A stretch of DNA of 48,161 nt, counting the filler, from Jimgerdemannia flammicorona (Eukaryota): the NCBI GenBank assembly GCA_003990765.1. It is 2 parts of 2 records of this genome, joined end to end, with 100 filler letters (N's around TTAATTAATTAA, not from the genome) between each part and the next. Parts side by side here need not be neighbours in the genome. Positions count along the whole stretch, not along the records: positions 1 to 24,038 come from RBNJ01001028.1; 1 more part is not named here. One strand, 5' to 3'. Below, piece by piece: positions 1 through 12,929 of this stretch (the first letter of the stretch is position 1; every line of letters begins with the position of its first letter). The notes beneath the pieces were generated by a model. It searched no databases, was not told the DNA's origin, and saw only the letters and a list, made by a program, of their open reading frames with translations. The translations under genes were made by a program, and so were the position numbers.

Positions 1-860
1 TTTTAATAGTCACTTGGACTCTATCTTTATTACCAGTCTATGAATAAGTATACAATATCACCACCCACTATCTGATCCCCATAGGGGGGCCCCTCCCCAC
101 CTCTTCATAGATAAAGACCACCCTCTCACCAACGACTCCAACTCTCCCACCACTCTGACTACAGATTTTCTCCACCAAGTAGCACCTCTGACCCCTCTGT
201 AGCCCCCAACCAAGCCACCAGCCTGTCAAGGTGTCCTCCATAAGGCACTGCCACCATGATAACTGGCTCCCCAAGCTCTGTCATCTCTCTTCCTCAAAAA
301 TAAATAGCCAGTGACTGGCCAGCCCAATCTAAATAGCCAATGCCCAGCCTAAGGTAATCCACTCCATCTCTACCCCTCCTACCAATCGATTCCTCAGGTC
401 CTCCCACCTCCCCCATACATCATCTCCCCTACACCTCACCCCCAAGTAGTCTCCAATGGCCTGTCAAAAGTCTCCCAACACCTCACACTCTCCTAGCCAA
501 TGTTCCGGCATCTATACAAATCCCCCTTCCTGCCCTACATTATGGCACTCCTTACAGTCAAAGCAACCCCCCATGACAAGGTGTTCTGTGCGGAAGTTGA
601 GCATCATATTCCTCCTCAGCATGTACCACCAGACTACCCAGTACTTCAGTAGCATCCATTTATTCACTGCAGTACTCCAGATCCAAACACTATACCAGTT
701 CCACTCCTCTCCAATTCCAACTCCTTGCCAACCACTAGGCCACAGATCCTGGTCTGGTCCCCTTTGGCATTCTACTCCATCACCAATGTCGAACTCAAGT
801 AAAGGTATGCCGCCCAGTAGAATGCCATCCCATCTCCACATTGCCAGGTCCTGGAAAGTA
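1..860 (-). mobile_element. 3' end of degenerate L1/Tx1-like LINE (ORF2 C-terminal zinc-binding region and 3' UTR)
   Basis: Minus frame reads CFDCKEC...*MPEHWLGEC, a zf-RVT-like CxxC..EH...EC motif. AATAAA on minus at 26-31 next to a T-run. Sequence is similar to 24139-24850. Confidence 0.7.
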
Positions 861-2345
861 TGATCAAAAGAAGATCATACCAGATAGGTGAATAAGTATA
901 AATACCCAAGGCAAGAATACTCCACAACTCTTATTCCCCTCTTATCACAAAGAAAGGACAAGACAAGAATGCCTGCTACCTACCACCAAACTGCCCACTA
1001 TAGCTAGCCTCTCCTAAGCCAGATTGACTGCCTTTTTGGACACATCCAGATTACTATCCAAGGAAGGAACTGCTGCTCTGAGGCCCTTAACCTCTCCAGC
1101 CCAGACCTAAGACAATATGTTCTTAACTACTATGAACTAATTAAAAGGGCCTACCTTGTCACCAGCCACCTAGAGATCTGGCATGAATACAAAATTGATC
1201 ACTAGCTTCTACAACATACAAATGGCCTATCCACTGACCAGATCTCAGACTAGACCCCTGGACAGACATGAGCAAAGACTTGTCAAGAAGATCTATCAAA
1301 TTATGTGCCATGTACTTTTTGCAATCTCCAATCTCAACTACATACAACTGAAGGATTTCCAGAACCTCTCTTTCCCTGAGGTTGATGAGCTAGAAATCAT
1401 GGTAGCCCAGGAAGCCAACTTCTGAATTGCCCTCAAGTCTACTGACATCAAGCCCCACTGGAGCCTCCTCCTGAATGACAACCCAGATCAATAGCTATAA
1501 GACCTCTCTGATCTCTTCAAAGGACCACCTATCCAAATAGATATTTCCAGGTATGAGAATCAAGAACTCTACTTGGATGGCCCCAACTGCATTAGATAGA
1601 GAATCCCTACACTAGCACTCATACCAATACAAGAACCATTTGCAGACCTTATTGACTTCTCTATTCTGGATAGTGAGCCATCAGTAATCACCCCCTCTGT
1701 CACTGAAAAAGATGGCAACAATACTGAGGAAGACTCTCCACCTTTCTCTCTCCTAGTTCTCAATTTCTAAATCAATAAGGATGTTGATTTCTAAGGAGAG
1801 AAGAATGTAATAAAATGAGTGAACAGATGAGACATGATAAGCAATTACATGACCTAGTGATGATGTCATCATACAATTGAGTGTGACATATGATATTATG
1901 AATGACAAACATAATGTATGATGTGAACAATATGAATAAACAATATCTAGCTTATCCCCAGTAATCAGTACTACAGTATAGTATTGCAGCAATCAGTATG
2001 GCAGTAATTGGCACTGTAGTAACCAGTGCCACAGCAATGCTGATCATTGCCTAGCAATAGATATTACAATCACAAACCTCACCATAGTTACCAAATTATA
2101 GTTAGTCAGAAATTGTAAACTAACTTATATAAATACCCCCCCAGTTTCTATCTGAAATAAAGCAGTTTTAGTTCAGTCCTTGATACAAGAATCAAGTCCC
2201 CCCCACACACACACATTTCCCTGAATCTTAGTAATGATATCTAAGTGACTCTAGTATTTCTAACTAAACTCCAGAAGCCTAGCTAACTTCTGCCCAAACT
2301 GAGACTGGTATATAAATTTTCAAAGACTTAAGTAAATCCATTAAA
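861..2345 (+). mobile_element. Diverged, probably solo or truncated, Gypsy LTR related to element A LTRs
   Basis: Carries a homologue of the A-LTR ORF. TATAAATA...CTGAAATAAAG at ~2128-2162 matches the same block in the A LTR. Ends are not clearly defined. Confidence 0.6.
969..1770 (+). pseudogene. LTR-encoded accessory ORF of unknown function (~265 codons; stops and one frameshift near 1255)
   Basis: MPAT start. Blocks IWHEYKI, KKIYQIMCHVLFAISNLNYIQLKDF, LNDNPDQ, LFKGPPIQ and FADLIDF align with the A-LTR ORF. Confidence 0.75.
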
Positions 2346-2579
2346 CCTGAATTCTAAGGCAAATTCAGTCTATATATAGCAAAGAATAAGACTCTTGAAA
2401 GATAGGGCAAAAGAGAAAGATCTTTGAAAGATAAGGTACTATTACTATAACTACTTTAAGTAAGTACTTTCTCAAACAGAAGGCTTCTTGGTATACATTG
2501 TGTACTAAGTCCCTAAGTAATAGTCTTACTTCCCTAATTATCCAAAGGATAAGAGAGAGATAGAAGTGAGAGTTATTAT

Positions 2580-3780
2580 ATCTCCCATCCATCTCTCTAA
2601 CTATAGTATCAAATCACACAATACCATCATCTCACCCAGTATCTCCAGGACTCTCACTATCTTCCTTCAGAAGTCCCAGGGTAGACCATCTTCCCTAGGT
2701 ACTATGCTCAGTATAGTTGCAGCAAGAATCTGATAGATCTCCTCTTTTTGGACTGGCAATACTAAGCCACTCAGCCCTTCCACCTGTGGGGGGTACCAAT
2801 CCTCCAACATCTGGTCAATGGCAACAGCATCAGCCCCACCCTCCTCCTTATTCCATAAACCACTTCATTGCTTCTTTAATGATCCAAGAATGTCCTGTAT
2901 ATTATATACCAGCATACCATCAGAGTCTAGTACTCCTCCCCACCTCTGCTTCACTCTTCTCACCTGAAGGGCCCTCATGAGATACTTCAAGAGCCTTTTC
3001 CCTTCCTCCAAACTCTGCCAATGATGCTGTGCCACCAAGTTCTGCACACTTGCCTCCTCCTCTTTCTACAATACCTGTTGTAGTTCCCCAATCTCTATTT
3101 TTATCTGTATTAATCTCCAATCCTCTCTCCCCTCTAGTATTACTAGCCCTGCCCAATCTTCTAAGAGTTTAGTCAGTCTAGTAGAAGCCTATCTCACTTT
3201 TTGCCTCCTCTGTTTCCTAGCCTCCTTGCCAGCCTCACTCCAGTAGACTCTGGCCATCTCATCCACCCGACACCAACTGGGGCACCTTCCTGTCTCCAGC
3301 TCTCTACTCTCTGTTGAATGTCCTCAGCCCACTTATCCCACAGTACTCTATTATCTAATAAAGAGGAATTGAGGTGCCAATGTCCAGACCCATCTCCACT
3401 CCCCCCAAAATATCTCTGTCTTAGCAGCCCCCAATGATTTAATCATAGATACCACTCCATCTCCAGCAACTTCCAAACATCCAAACCCCAGCAGCTTGCT
3501 ATCAAAATCCAGTCAATCCTTATCCTCAGGCCCTCTGCCTAATATATGTATACTCTTCTATTACCCCAACACTCCCTGCCAGTATCTATCAGAGTGCTTA
3601 GTCTTTCTACTTTCTCCTATACCACCAGCTCTCCACTCCTGCCTTCAGCTCTCTGTTCTCCATCAGTTCTATCCACCAGCACATCCCAGACTATATTGAA
3701 GTCTCCACCAAGCATATCCACCCTGGCCTCTACAAGGGCCCTACTCTCCTAGAGACCCTTCACCCAAGGATCTGATTCTC
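2580..3780 (-). mobile_element. Degenerate LINE ORF2 fragment (APE endonuclease to start of RT)
   Basis: Minus strand LGGDFN at ~3712-3695 and a PxEDGLP-like pre-RT motif near 2695. Similar to 19400-19800. Confidence 0.65.
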
Positions 3781-4112
3781 TCTAATGGAATATGTAAAGA
3801 ACTTACATATAGAGCAGAAAGAGACCTCTAATACCTCACTACTCAAGTCTATAGGTCTCAATTGTATATTATATCAGCTCTTAGTTCTAGTTAAGTATAG
3901 CTCAAATATCTAATCTAGATAGCCTCAGGCTCTCCAATAGCCTCAAATAACTAGAGCCTAATCTCATATATTACTATAAGCTACTAAGAGTGATACCTAT
4001 TACTTAACTACTCTGTATCAATTAGAAGATCTCATTGATATAGTATTTATAATAATCCTAACAACTATTATTCATTTAATATCTGACTGATCTAATATAA
4101 TTACCTCTTTAT

Positions 4113-4530
4113 CTTTTTTTTTTTTTTTTTTTTTTATTGTTTCTTAAACTTTTTTTTTTTTTTTCAAATTAATCTATATTTACAAATATACAGTATCTCT
4201 ACCCTCTACTCAATCTCTCTGAGGGTTCTCTTTTTTTCTCTATTATAATAGAAGACTACTAGACCATCTACTACCACAACTCTCTTATCACTAATTACTC
4301 TTCTGTCTATCTATAATAGTCATCTCTTCTCCCATCTTAATACTATCTAAAAAATAGTTACCTATATCAAAACTACACTCACTAAGAAGCTTACTAAAGC
4401 TTAGAGAGCCCTATTATAAATACTAATAATCTACAGATAATCTATATTGGTACTTAATGCTCAAGATTAGCTGACTCTCTTTATAGTCTATAATATAGTG
4501 TAATAATATATACCTTATTGATAATTAATG
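4113..4530 (-). mobile_element. Poly(A) tails and heavily decayed 3' end of a non-LTR element
   Basis: Two T-runs (~4113-4135 and ~4150-4164) followed by pyrimidine-rich decayed sequence. Confidence 0.35.
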
Positions 4531-4559
4531 CATCACAACCCAAGCTGACCCATGTACAT

Positions 4560-4800
4560 ATTTAACCTGACCCAGAATTATATGTCACCTATCTTTAACC
4601 CAATCTAGAATTATATGTTACCTATCTTTAACCTGACCTGGAATTAAAAATCACCCATCTTTAACTCAATCTGGAAATATATGTCACCCATCTTTAATCT
4701 GACCCAGAATTATACATAACCTGTTTTTAACCCAACCCAAGAAATATATATGACCTGACCTGAGAAATATATGTGACCCAACCCTGACCTATATTTAACC
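4560..4800 (+). repeat. Left subterminal tandem array, 33-bp unit TTTAACCTGACCCAGAATTATATGTCACCTATC
   Basis: About 6 head-to-tail copies with no spacers. Reverse complement of the array at 18880-19115. Confidence 0.9.
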
Positions 4801-4986
4801 TAATACAGATCCATCTTTAATCTGCCTTTAAGCTACAAGGTACCAAAAAAAAAAATATTACACATCTAAGATATATATTTGGAATAAACAAACAGAAACA
4901 TAATTAGGAATCAGAAATCAAAATGAAATTAGAAATAAATAGGAAGTAAATTAGAAAAATAAAGAACTTGTCAGTATAAATAGATC

Positions 4987-6297
4987 TTACTTTTCATCAC
5001 TATAAACTAACTGATCCTCCTCCTTCTCATATTCTGAACTATCTTCCTCCATATATTCTAAACTGCTTTCCTCTATATCCTCCTCCTCCATATCCTTCTC
5101 TATGCTGATCTTCTCTGTATCAACCTTTATTTCATCTTCTGTGCTGATCTCCTCATATTCCTCTATACCAACCTCCTATGTACCAATCTCTCCATATTCC
5201 TCTGTGCCAACCTCCTCCATACTGACCTCTCCATATTCCTCTATACTGACCTCTCCTGCACCAACCTCCCCCATACTGACCTCCCCCACACTGATCTCCC
5301 TCACACTGACCTCTCCATATTTCTCCATGCTAACCTCCCCTATACCAACCTCTCCCATACTGACCTCCCCCATGCCAATCTCTCCACTGACCTCTCTACT
5401 GACACTGACCCCTCTACTGGTACTGACCTCTCCCATCTCTCCATCTCCTCCACTACTACCTTTCTTAACAAAATGCACAAGCCTGCTATCCATCAGTCAT
5501 ATATAAATTATTTTGTCATTCTTCACTAGTATTTGTTCAAATATGGCCAGTAGTTTTTTGTATTCATCTATGATGATAATTCCATCTGAACAATCTTGCT
5601 TATTCCATGCTTTGGCATTCACCTTGAAGCTAGTATAGTATGATAAATATTTTATGATTTTTGCATAGTTTTCTATCACTCTTATGACTTCTTGCCTCAG
5701 TTGGTTGTTATGTACTTTCTTAATACATTTATTGGTTATAGTAAAAGTATACCTAATGTCTGATTTATAAGACCTTTTCTCCATAAGGTTTGGAGCATCT
5801 AGGAAATTAGTTTGACAATGCTTCCAAGTAGTGCTTGGGCAAACTTGATAACAAAAATGGCAATTGTAGTAAGATTTGTACTCCAGCCCAGACTTAGAAG
5901 CTGGAGGATATGTATATTTCGAATATTATTAGAAAAAAAATTCAGCCATTGATTTAAAAAGAAAAAAAAAAAAAAAACTAACTTTTTTGAGCTATGTTAT
6001 TGAGATCTGGTGGGGGACCTTGTACTTGTGGACTGGCAGTGAGCTAGCAGTCAAGCTGGAGATTGGGGAGCTGAGAGTCAGTGAGCTAGAAATCAGTGAG
6101 CTCAGCAACCTCAGTATCAGCAAGCTCAGCAGGCTGAGTATTGACAAGCTTAGCAGGCTGGGTGTTGGCAAGCTCAGCAGACTGGGTGTCAGCAAGCTGG
6201 GCATCTTTAGGGTGCCAAGCTTTGGGACAGCAAGCTGAAGTACATTAAGCTTGAGGGGGGCTAAGTAAATACTTATTAGCCAGGCAGTCATATTCAC
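4987..6297 (-). pseudogene. Second gene inside the hAT element: Pro/Ser/Leu-repeat exon 1; exon 2 with CxxC...WKH motif, (GEV[GS]x)n repeats and acidic tail
   Basis: Frame 5925-4987 is open for 313 codons except TGA at 5499-5497 and TAG at 5178-5176. GTTAGT donor at 5982 is phase 0. Probable decayed acceptor (TAG>TAA) at 5928-5926 is phase 0. Confidence 0.6.
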
Positions 6298-6424
6298 ATA
6301 TTCTCAACATAGTGGTAAATTGAGTGAGACAAAGTAAAGGATGAGGTGAAGTGAAGAATGAGGCAAAAAGAATGAGAGGCAAAAGTAAGCTTTTGATATC
6401 TTAAATGTTCAAAAGCTATAACAT

Positions 6425-6535
6425 CTTTCAGAAGCTCTTTTGGAATCTCTCCAAAATCTCTTTCAGAAGCTCTTTCAGAATTTCTTTGAAATCTCTTTTG
6501 GAATCTCTTCAAAATCTCTTTTGAAACTCTTTTCT
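6425..6535. repeat. 11-12-bp tandem repeat (TTTCAGAAGCTC-like)
   Basis: About 9 degenerate copies visible directly. Confidence 0.8.
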
Positions 6536-6619
6536 AAATTACATGTTGTTTGAAATCTGAGGAATAAGAGTAAGGGAGGTGGAGAAATATGTGAGGATTG
6601 TACAAGAGGAGTGGAATGC

Positions 6620-6822
6620 AAGAGGAGTGGAATGTAGTGAGAAAAGCTCCAGATTGTAAGCATAAGCATAAGCATAAGTACAAGCTTTGCTCTACTCAGC
6701 TGATAGCTGATATTATATGATATCAGCTTATTATCAGCTTGTCAGACTGAGTAGAGCAAAGCTTATACTTATGCTTACACTTGTAATCTGGAGCTTTCCA
6801 TACTACATTCTACTCCTCTCTA
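6620..6822. repeat. Inverted repeat / hairpin 1 (~90-bp arms)
   Basis: GAGGAGTGGAATGTAGTG...CAAGCTTTGCTCTACTCAG pairs with CTGAGTAGAGCAAAGCTT...TACTACATTCTACTCCTC. Confidence 0.85.
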
Positions 6823-6835
6823 CATAATTCAGCAG

Positions 6836-7252
6836 ATTCTGTATAAGCCCTAATTGGGTGAGGTTTGTAATAATATTTGAGTGAGATTTGTAGTACATTT
6901 GAGTGAGATTTGCAGCAAGATTTATAGTGAGGTTCAAGCAAGATTTGTAAGTAAGATTAAAGCAAGATTTGCATAAGCCAGAATTTATAAGCCTTGTGCT
7001 TGCAAGCTCAGCTAATAGCTGATATCACATGATATTAGCTTATATAGATGTCATATCAGCTTGTGACTGAGCTTGTCTAGACTTATAAGTGCAAGACTTG
7101 TAAAGTCTGGCTTATGCAAATCTTGCTCAAACATTGTTTGCAAATCTCACTTGAACCTTACTGCAAATATTGCTGCAAATCTCACTCAAATGTACTACAA
7201 ACCTTGCTCAAATGTCATTACAAACCTCATTCAATCAGAGCTTATATAGAAT
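6836..7252. repeat. Inverted repeat / hairpin 2 (~170-bp arms)
   Basis: ATTCTGTATAAGCCC...TTGAGTGAGATTTGCAGCAA...GCAAGATTTGCATAAGCCAGA pairs with TCTGGCTTATGCAAATCTTGC...TTGCTGCAAATCTCACTCAA...GAGCTTATATAGAAT. Confidence 0.9.
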
Positions 7253-7374
7253 ACACTAAATCATACAGAACATACTGAATCTCCAAAGTATGTTTGCTGT
7301 TTGCAGTTGCATAATAGGTACCAGTTCACCACCCATATATATTTATTCATCTATTCTCTGTCTACAATTGATCA

Positions 7375-9758
7375 TTGGCTATTACATCTTACACCACTAC
7401 CTCATTACTCTCTATCTTACTGCCCTCTAGCTCACTAACTTCTATTTCAGGCCCCATAGTTCCTGGCTTTCCCTGCCACTTACCACTCCCCCCAACTCCC
7501 TGTCCCCTAGTTCACTGCCCCCCCAGCTCATTCCCAAGTTCACCACTCCCTAGCTTACCACTTCCTAGCCACTTTTCAGCTCTTAGTCCCTCACTCAAGC
7601 TCTCAGTCCCTGCTATCATCAAACACTTTTTGAAATATCTAAAGATCAAGAAGTATATTTAGGAGAAATCTCAGAACCATCAGATGATATATCAGAGGAT
7701 ATATCAGAGGATATATTGGAGGATATATTAGAGGATAAATTAGATATCTTCATCAGTTTATTATCACTAATGAGTACAAGAATAAAAATAAAATAAAACA
7801 TAGTGATAGCTAAGTGTGGAATCATATCATAAAGGTAGTTTTATATATTGTACTAATGGTTACATTCATAGGGGTAGTTGGTCTCATCAGTTGTAAGGGT
7901 GATCAGTCATAAGAGTGATTAGTTGTAAGCAGTTGAGGTTTTAATATAGTCTCATATCTCTCTATTCAAATAGAATTTACAAAGTAAGCTCATCAGTTGT
8001 AACTATTGTATGTATGACTTGGAGCTATATATCAAAGAATGACAATATCAATAATCTTAAATAATATCTCTGGAAGCATTACAATGCCATACTCTTACCT
8101 CTCCAGCATACTGAGAATCCTTGCTGGTCTAAGAAAGATAATATTGTAAGTATGAATAGAATGGAATTCAGGAAGTACTTAGGAGGTTATTAGAAAAATA
8201 ATTCATCAAATTTTATTATTACAAATAGAAATACACTAGCTAAACTTTAAGTGATGAAAATTTCTGTCAGTTAATTGCCAACTTTATTATCACTGGATAT
8301 CAGCCATTCTCTACTATTAAAAATGCTGGCTTCAAGTATCTCCTTCACATATTATACCCTAATCTAGTCCTTCCATCAGCTGATATGATTTTGCAAGTTA
8401 TTTGAAAGGAATTAAAACTATTGTAGACTCAAGTAAAAGCAAGGCTAGTAAGGCTCAAGTTGAAGGTGTCACTTATACTTGATTGTTGGACATTAAATGT
8501 TAATATCAAGGCCTTTTTTGGAATAACAGCTCATTGGATTGACAGTGATTAGAAGATATATGACATTATCTTAGACTTTATAAATATTAGTGAAATAACA
8601 TATATGAGTGCCAATCTTGTAAAAAGTCTAGAGCTGGTAATAGATGATTTGTTGCCTAGTGATAATCAAATTATTACTATTGTGTGACAATACCAGTAAC
8701 AATGATACTCTGTTTGAGAATCTCCATCATCTGCTTGCTTATATATACTGTTTTGGGTATATACTGAATATCATCATTCATGATATTCTTGGTTCTCTTA
8801 GCAAGCCTATTGGAAAGCTACAGGAGTTGATAAAGAAGATTAAAAATTCAGTATAATGATAAGTACAACTGGTGAAGGACTGTGAATCCTCCAGAATTCC
8901 CATTTTGAAGCCTCTCTTAGATATTATAATAAGATAGAGTTCTATATATAAAATATTAGTACATACTCTGGAGATTTATAAGATAAGATTTTGAATCTAT
9001 TTGTATAGATTTTGGAATATGATTCAGAAGTATTTTGGTACTAAATAAATTGATATTACATCCAAATAGAGCTTAGATATATTGTGTACTATGGATAAGT
9101 AAATGAGCAATATATCTGAAGATATTTGGTAACAATTTAAATTGATTTGCCAATTTCTCAAGTCTTTTGCCAAAGTGACAACCATGATATCAGCTTCAAA
9201 GTATTCTATAATAGTGGCTATTATCCCACTATTTAATCAGCTATGTGATCACCTCAAAGATGTCATCAATACATATCAAACTGGTGAACATTTTAATCAG
9301 ATATATGTATATATAATTTTAAAAGTAATTTTATTTATAAATTTAAGAACTAATTTAGTAAGTAATTGGAAAGTAATATGTATATATTTTCATTTATTTT
9401 TTATTTTTTATAGATAATGCTTACTGTTGCTGAGAATATATATATGAAACTTCTAAAGTATTACTGTAAGACAATACCATTATACAGCATAGCTTAAGCC
9501 TTATATTCACATATCAATATATGTTATTTCCATTATAAGCAATAAAAAAAATCCTTAATTGATGAATAGAAGAATCAGATAGAATATATCTGAGAAAAGG
9601 AGTATATGTAAGCCTATTAATACTGTCATTATATTCTCAATATCCTGTGATGCTGATGAGCTTGAATGGTAGGTATTGTTTTTATGTTTTTTGGTTGACT
9701 TGGTTGATTTTTACTCATATTTCTCTGTGTCAGTTATTTGTCAGAGAATTATATAGAT
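7375..9758 (+). pseudogene. hAT transposase, N-terminal and catalytic part, with several short introns
   Basis: BED-finger remnants (VWNHI..CNYC..WKH), QPFSTI..GFK..LPS, SLILDCWT..FFGITAHWID, CDNTSNN, YCFGYILNII and LLDIIIR*SSIY (decayed DVxTRWNSTY). Confidence 0.85.
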
Positions 9759-11321
9759 TGTCACATAGTGGTCACTGAGTTCTTCAAATACATCAGATTC
9801 TCTTCAAGGTGTATCTCTTAGACTAACTTAAGTTTGTTATAAGCAAGTTCTTATTGGAGTGCCTTCCCAAGGTCTTATAGTCCTCAAACTTCTTATCTTT
9901 AAACTGTCTTGTTATCTCTTTAGATTGCTTATAAGAAATTGTGTATATTGTACTGAGAGGAACTGACTTTATTTCAGAGAAAATAAGAGGAATATTTATA
10001 CAAAATATAATTCAATGGTTGCTAATATATAAAGCTAAATATAAATTCCAATAACTAAAATAAAATTCCAGAACATAGAAAACTGCTAAGTTCCAGTGTC
10101 AATACTGATGGTTGCATAGGTTTAGGATGCTGGTATAATTTTGGTGATACAGGAAAATGATGCTGGAATAATTCTGAGTCACATCAGAATACCAGTGGAG
10201 AAATAGCTGTTATATAGGAAAAGAGTACTGAAATAATTCAGTATAATCAAGAGACTTAGAGCAGAATGTTCAAGACCATAGGGGCTTCATTCTCATCAGA
10301 GGTCAGGATGTCTTCAAAGGAGATGAGGTCTGCGAATATTTTATCTATCTCATCATTATTGCATAGATCACATATTTTGCATATATTGCACAGGATGAAG
10401 TCATCGCCAATTATGTCATCACATTCAGTGGGGAAATCAGAGGCTCTCTAATCTATGAGGTTCTCTTCTACAAAATAGGGGACAAATGTAGGATCTTAGA
10501 GAGATCTAACCTAGATGCTTAGACCTTGGAATACTGAGATCAATTCTTGTAGAAATTGGTCTGGGTTGTCCTGGAGGATGGGATACCAGAAGTCTTTTAC
10601 TTAATTACTATTGAGGGTGATAGTGGACTGGACTTCTGTAGCCACTCTGGCTTCTAGTATATTGATATAACAGGCTGACAGGTCTCTGAAGTCTGAGACT
10701 CTAATATACTCTAAGTTGGGGATCAACAATAGTACATGTCTGAAGATCTGATGGATCTTCTTAGCTATTTTTGTTTTGTATATATCCATGGGAGTGGCAT
10801 CTTGTAACTCTTGAGGGCTGGCCTGTGAGAACTCCTGGTAGAGGAGATTTCTTATTTCATACTCCTGCCACATTTAGAGACATTCAGTAGTAATGGTGAT
10901 CCTTATTTCTATTTCATGGCAGTAGAGAATAAAGTGATAAGAATCTGCAGTATCTAGGTTGACACTAGGAGTCCTTCTTGTGTGTCCTCATAGCTCTTCT
11001 GATGTCTTAGAATATCCTTTCTTCAACTGAGATACCTTGATGGTTCCTTGACCTTGAGGTTTGGCAAGTAGCAGGCATTTCATTTATTATAAGTCTTTGA
11101 GCTATTTTGGGATTGGTGGGTCTTATTGAGTTGCTGCTACTATAGTTTCTTGATCCTTCTTTTATATTTCTCAAGATGTCTATACTGTGGTCACAATGAC
11201 TCACAGTTAGTCATAATTGCTCATCTTGTATGCTATATAATCTTCTTGTGCTCCAATCTGGTGACTTTTAAGAAAAGGCTGTCTCCTGTGCTGATATCAT
11301 CATTCTGGAGTCACTGTTACA
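9759..11321 (-). repeat. Element A 3' LTR (1563 bp)
   Basis: Direct repeat of 16978-18546. Preceded on minus by PPT CAGGAGGAAGA (11332-11322). Confidence 0.95.
10256..11078 (-). pseudogene. U3-encoded accessory ORF, 3' LTR copy (2-bp deletion near 10985)
   Basis: MPATCQTSRSRNHQG...KKIHQIFRHVLLLIPNLEYIRVSDFRDLS...FADLISFED. Spans 823 nt versus 825 nt in the 5' LTR. Confidence 0.8.
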
Positions 11322-11759
11322 TCTTCCTCCTGAATAAGGATCTTCTTGAGTATTTTTATTCATTGGTCCAGTTCTGAAAAATTTGTTGATCCCATAACCT
11401 CTGGTAAGGGGTCAAAAAGTGGTGTTTATAGACTAGTATCTTCTCTATATATTTTGACATAATGGTGAAAGATTGCTCCCTTCATATAGAGTAAGGTCTG
11501 ATTCTAATCTTGACCAATTAGTTGATGGTTCAAACTCCTCTGGCTTTGAAAGTCTTATAGATGAGTAGTTGCTGGTACTGTATCCCTTAGAGAATGGTTC
11601 AGACAGATAGTCTGCTGGTCATGGAATATGCTGTTATGATTTGTGAACTAGAATCTCATGGATGGTCATCATATTTTACTTCTCTTATATAGGTTTATGG
11701 TACTTCTTGAGTCTGTTTCTATGTACTGTAGTAGGCAGTATGGTTCCTGAGATTTTTCT

Positions 11760-12750
11760 AAGCCAGAAGGTAGTTCTTTTAATATCTTGCACATAAAAGG
11801 GTTCTTCTCATTTGGGCTTCAGTTTTTGTAACTATGAGGCTTCTACTATATTTCAATACAATAGAACCTTTTCTCCAATTTGGATGAGTTCTAGGGTCTT
11901 GTGATTCTTTTCTACATTCTTTCTTATCAGCACTTGTGACTTGATGATGTAATATTTAGCCTTCTTCCTAATTTGGTATAGTCTCTGGATTTCTGCATTG
12001 ACCCATCTCTAAGTTAGGTCTAGATTTGTGGCTGAGATTCCATCAGAATCTTCTTCTCCAAAGAGCAGTTCTCTTGAGGTAAAGTATGTGCTCTGTGACC
12101 ATATGTCTCATAGGACAGAGAGGGCAGTTGGGAGGTAGTTATCCCAATTCTCATATATCTCTGAGATTTTCACCAAGATGTTCTTAAGGGTCTTGTTGGT
12201 TCTTTCTATCTGTCCATTTCCTTGAGAGTGGTATACAGTAGTCTTGATGTGTTGAATCTTATATTTCTGATACATTATCTCATGGAATCTATTGACAAAT
12301 TCTGTGTCACAGTCTGTTGTGATTTGCTTTGGTGTCTTGTAGTGGCAGATAATTTCTTGGTGCAGGAAGTCAGCTATAGAGAGGATATTGGCTTCTTATA
12401 ATACTCCTGCTTCTATCTATTTGGTAAAGAGGTCTACAATAACTATAATATAGCAGTTTCCTGATAGTATTACTGGTAGTGACCCAATGATATCCATTGT
12501 GATGTAGTGGAAGAGGATAGGCTCAATTCTTGATGACCCAGATGCCTGGTCTTGCTGATCTTATTTCTGTTTTTAGCACTTGTCATACTCTTTGACAAAT
12601 TGGTACAGATCTTCTTCTATCTTGAGCCACCACATAGTTCTTCTTACATTGTCATATATATTAGTTTCTTCTAGGTATTCTTACTCATGTACTTCTTTTA
12701 TTACTTGATACTTCTTATATTCAGGTATTACAAGTTTTCCTCCTTTTCTG
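11760..12750 (-). pseudogene. Integrase of element A
   Basis: ITMDIIGSLPV..GNCYIIVIVDLFTK, ITTDCDTEF and TTVYHSQGNGQIERTNKTLK motifs. Confidence 0.9.
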
Positions 12751-12929
12751 AGTATGGTGTTGTCTAGTTCAAACTATTTTCAAGTCTGGTTGATGATGGT
12801 GATTGTCCAGGGTTTGAGATAGTTGAGCATCTTCTACTGCTCAAGGTAGCTAATTAATCCATAGTATAACTCCTTATTTATGTTGAATAGTCTTAATGGG
12901 GGTGTTTTGGAGTGTCCTTGAGAGTGCAT

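Noticed and set aside
4560..4800. 33-bp repeats as a CRISPR array
   Set aside because: Head-to-tail with no unique spacers and no cas genes. Mirrored at 18880-19115 as transposon subterminal repeats.
5102..5506. Plus-strand Ser/Pro/Thr-rich ORF
   Set aside because: Antisense reading of the 15-bp repeats. The minus frame is longer and has splice support.
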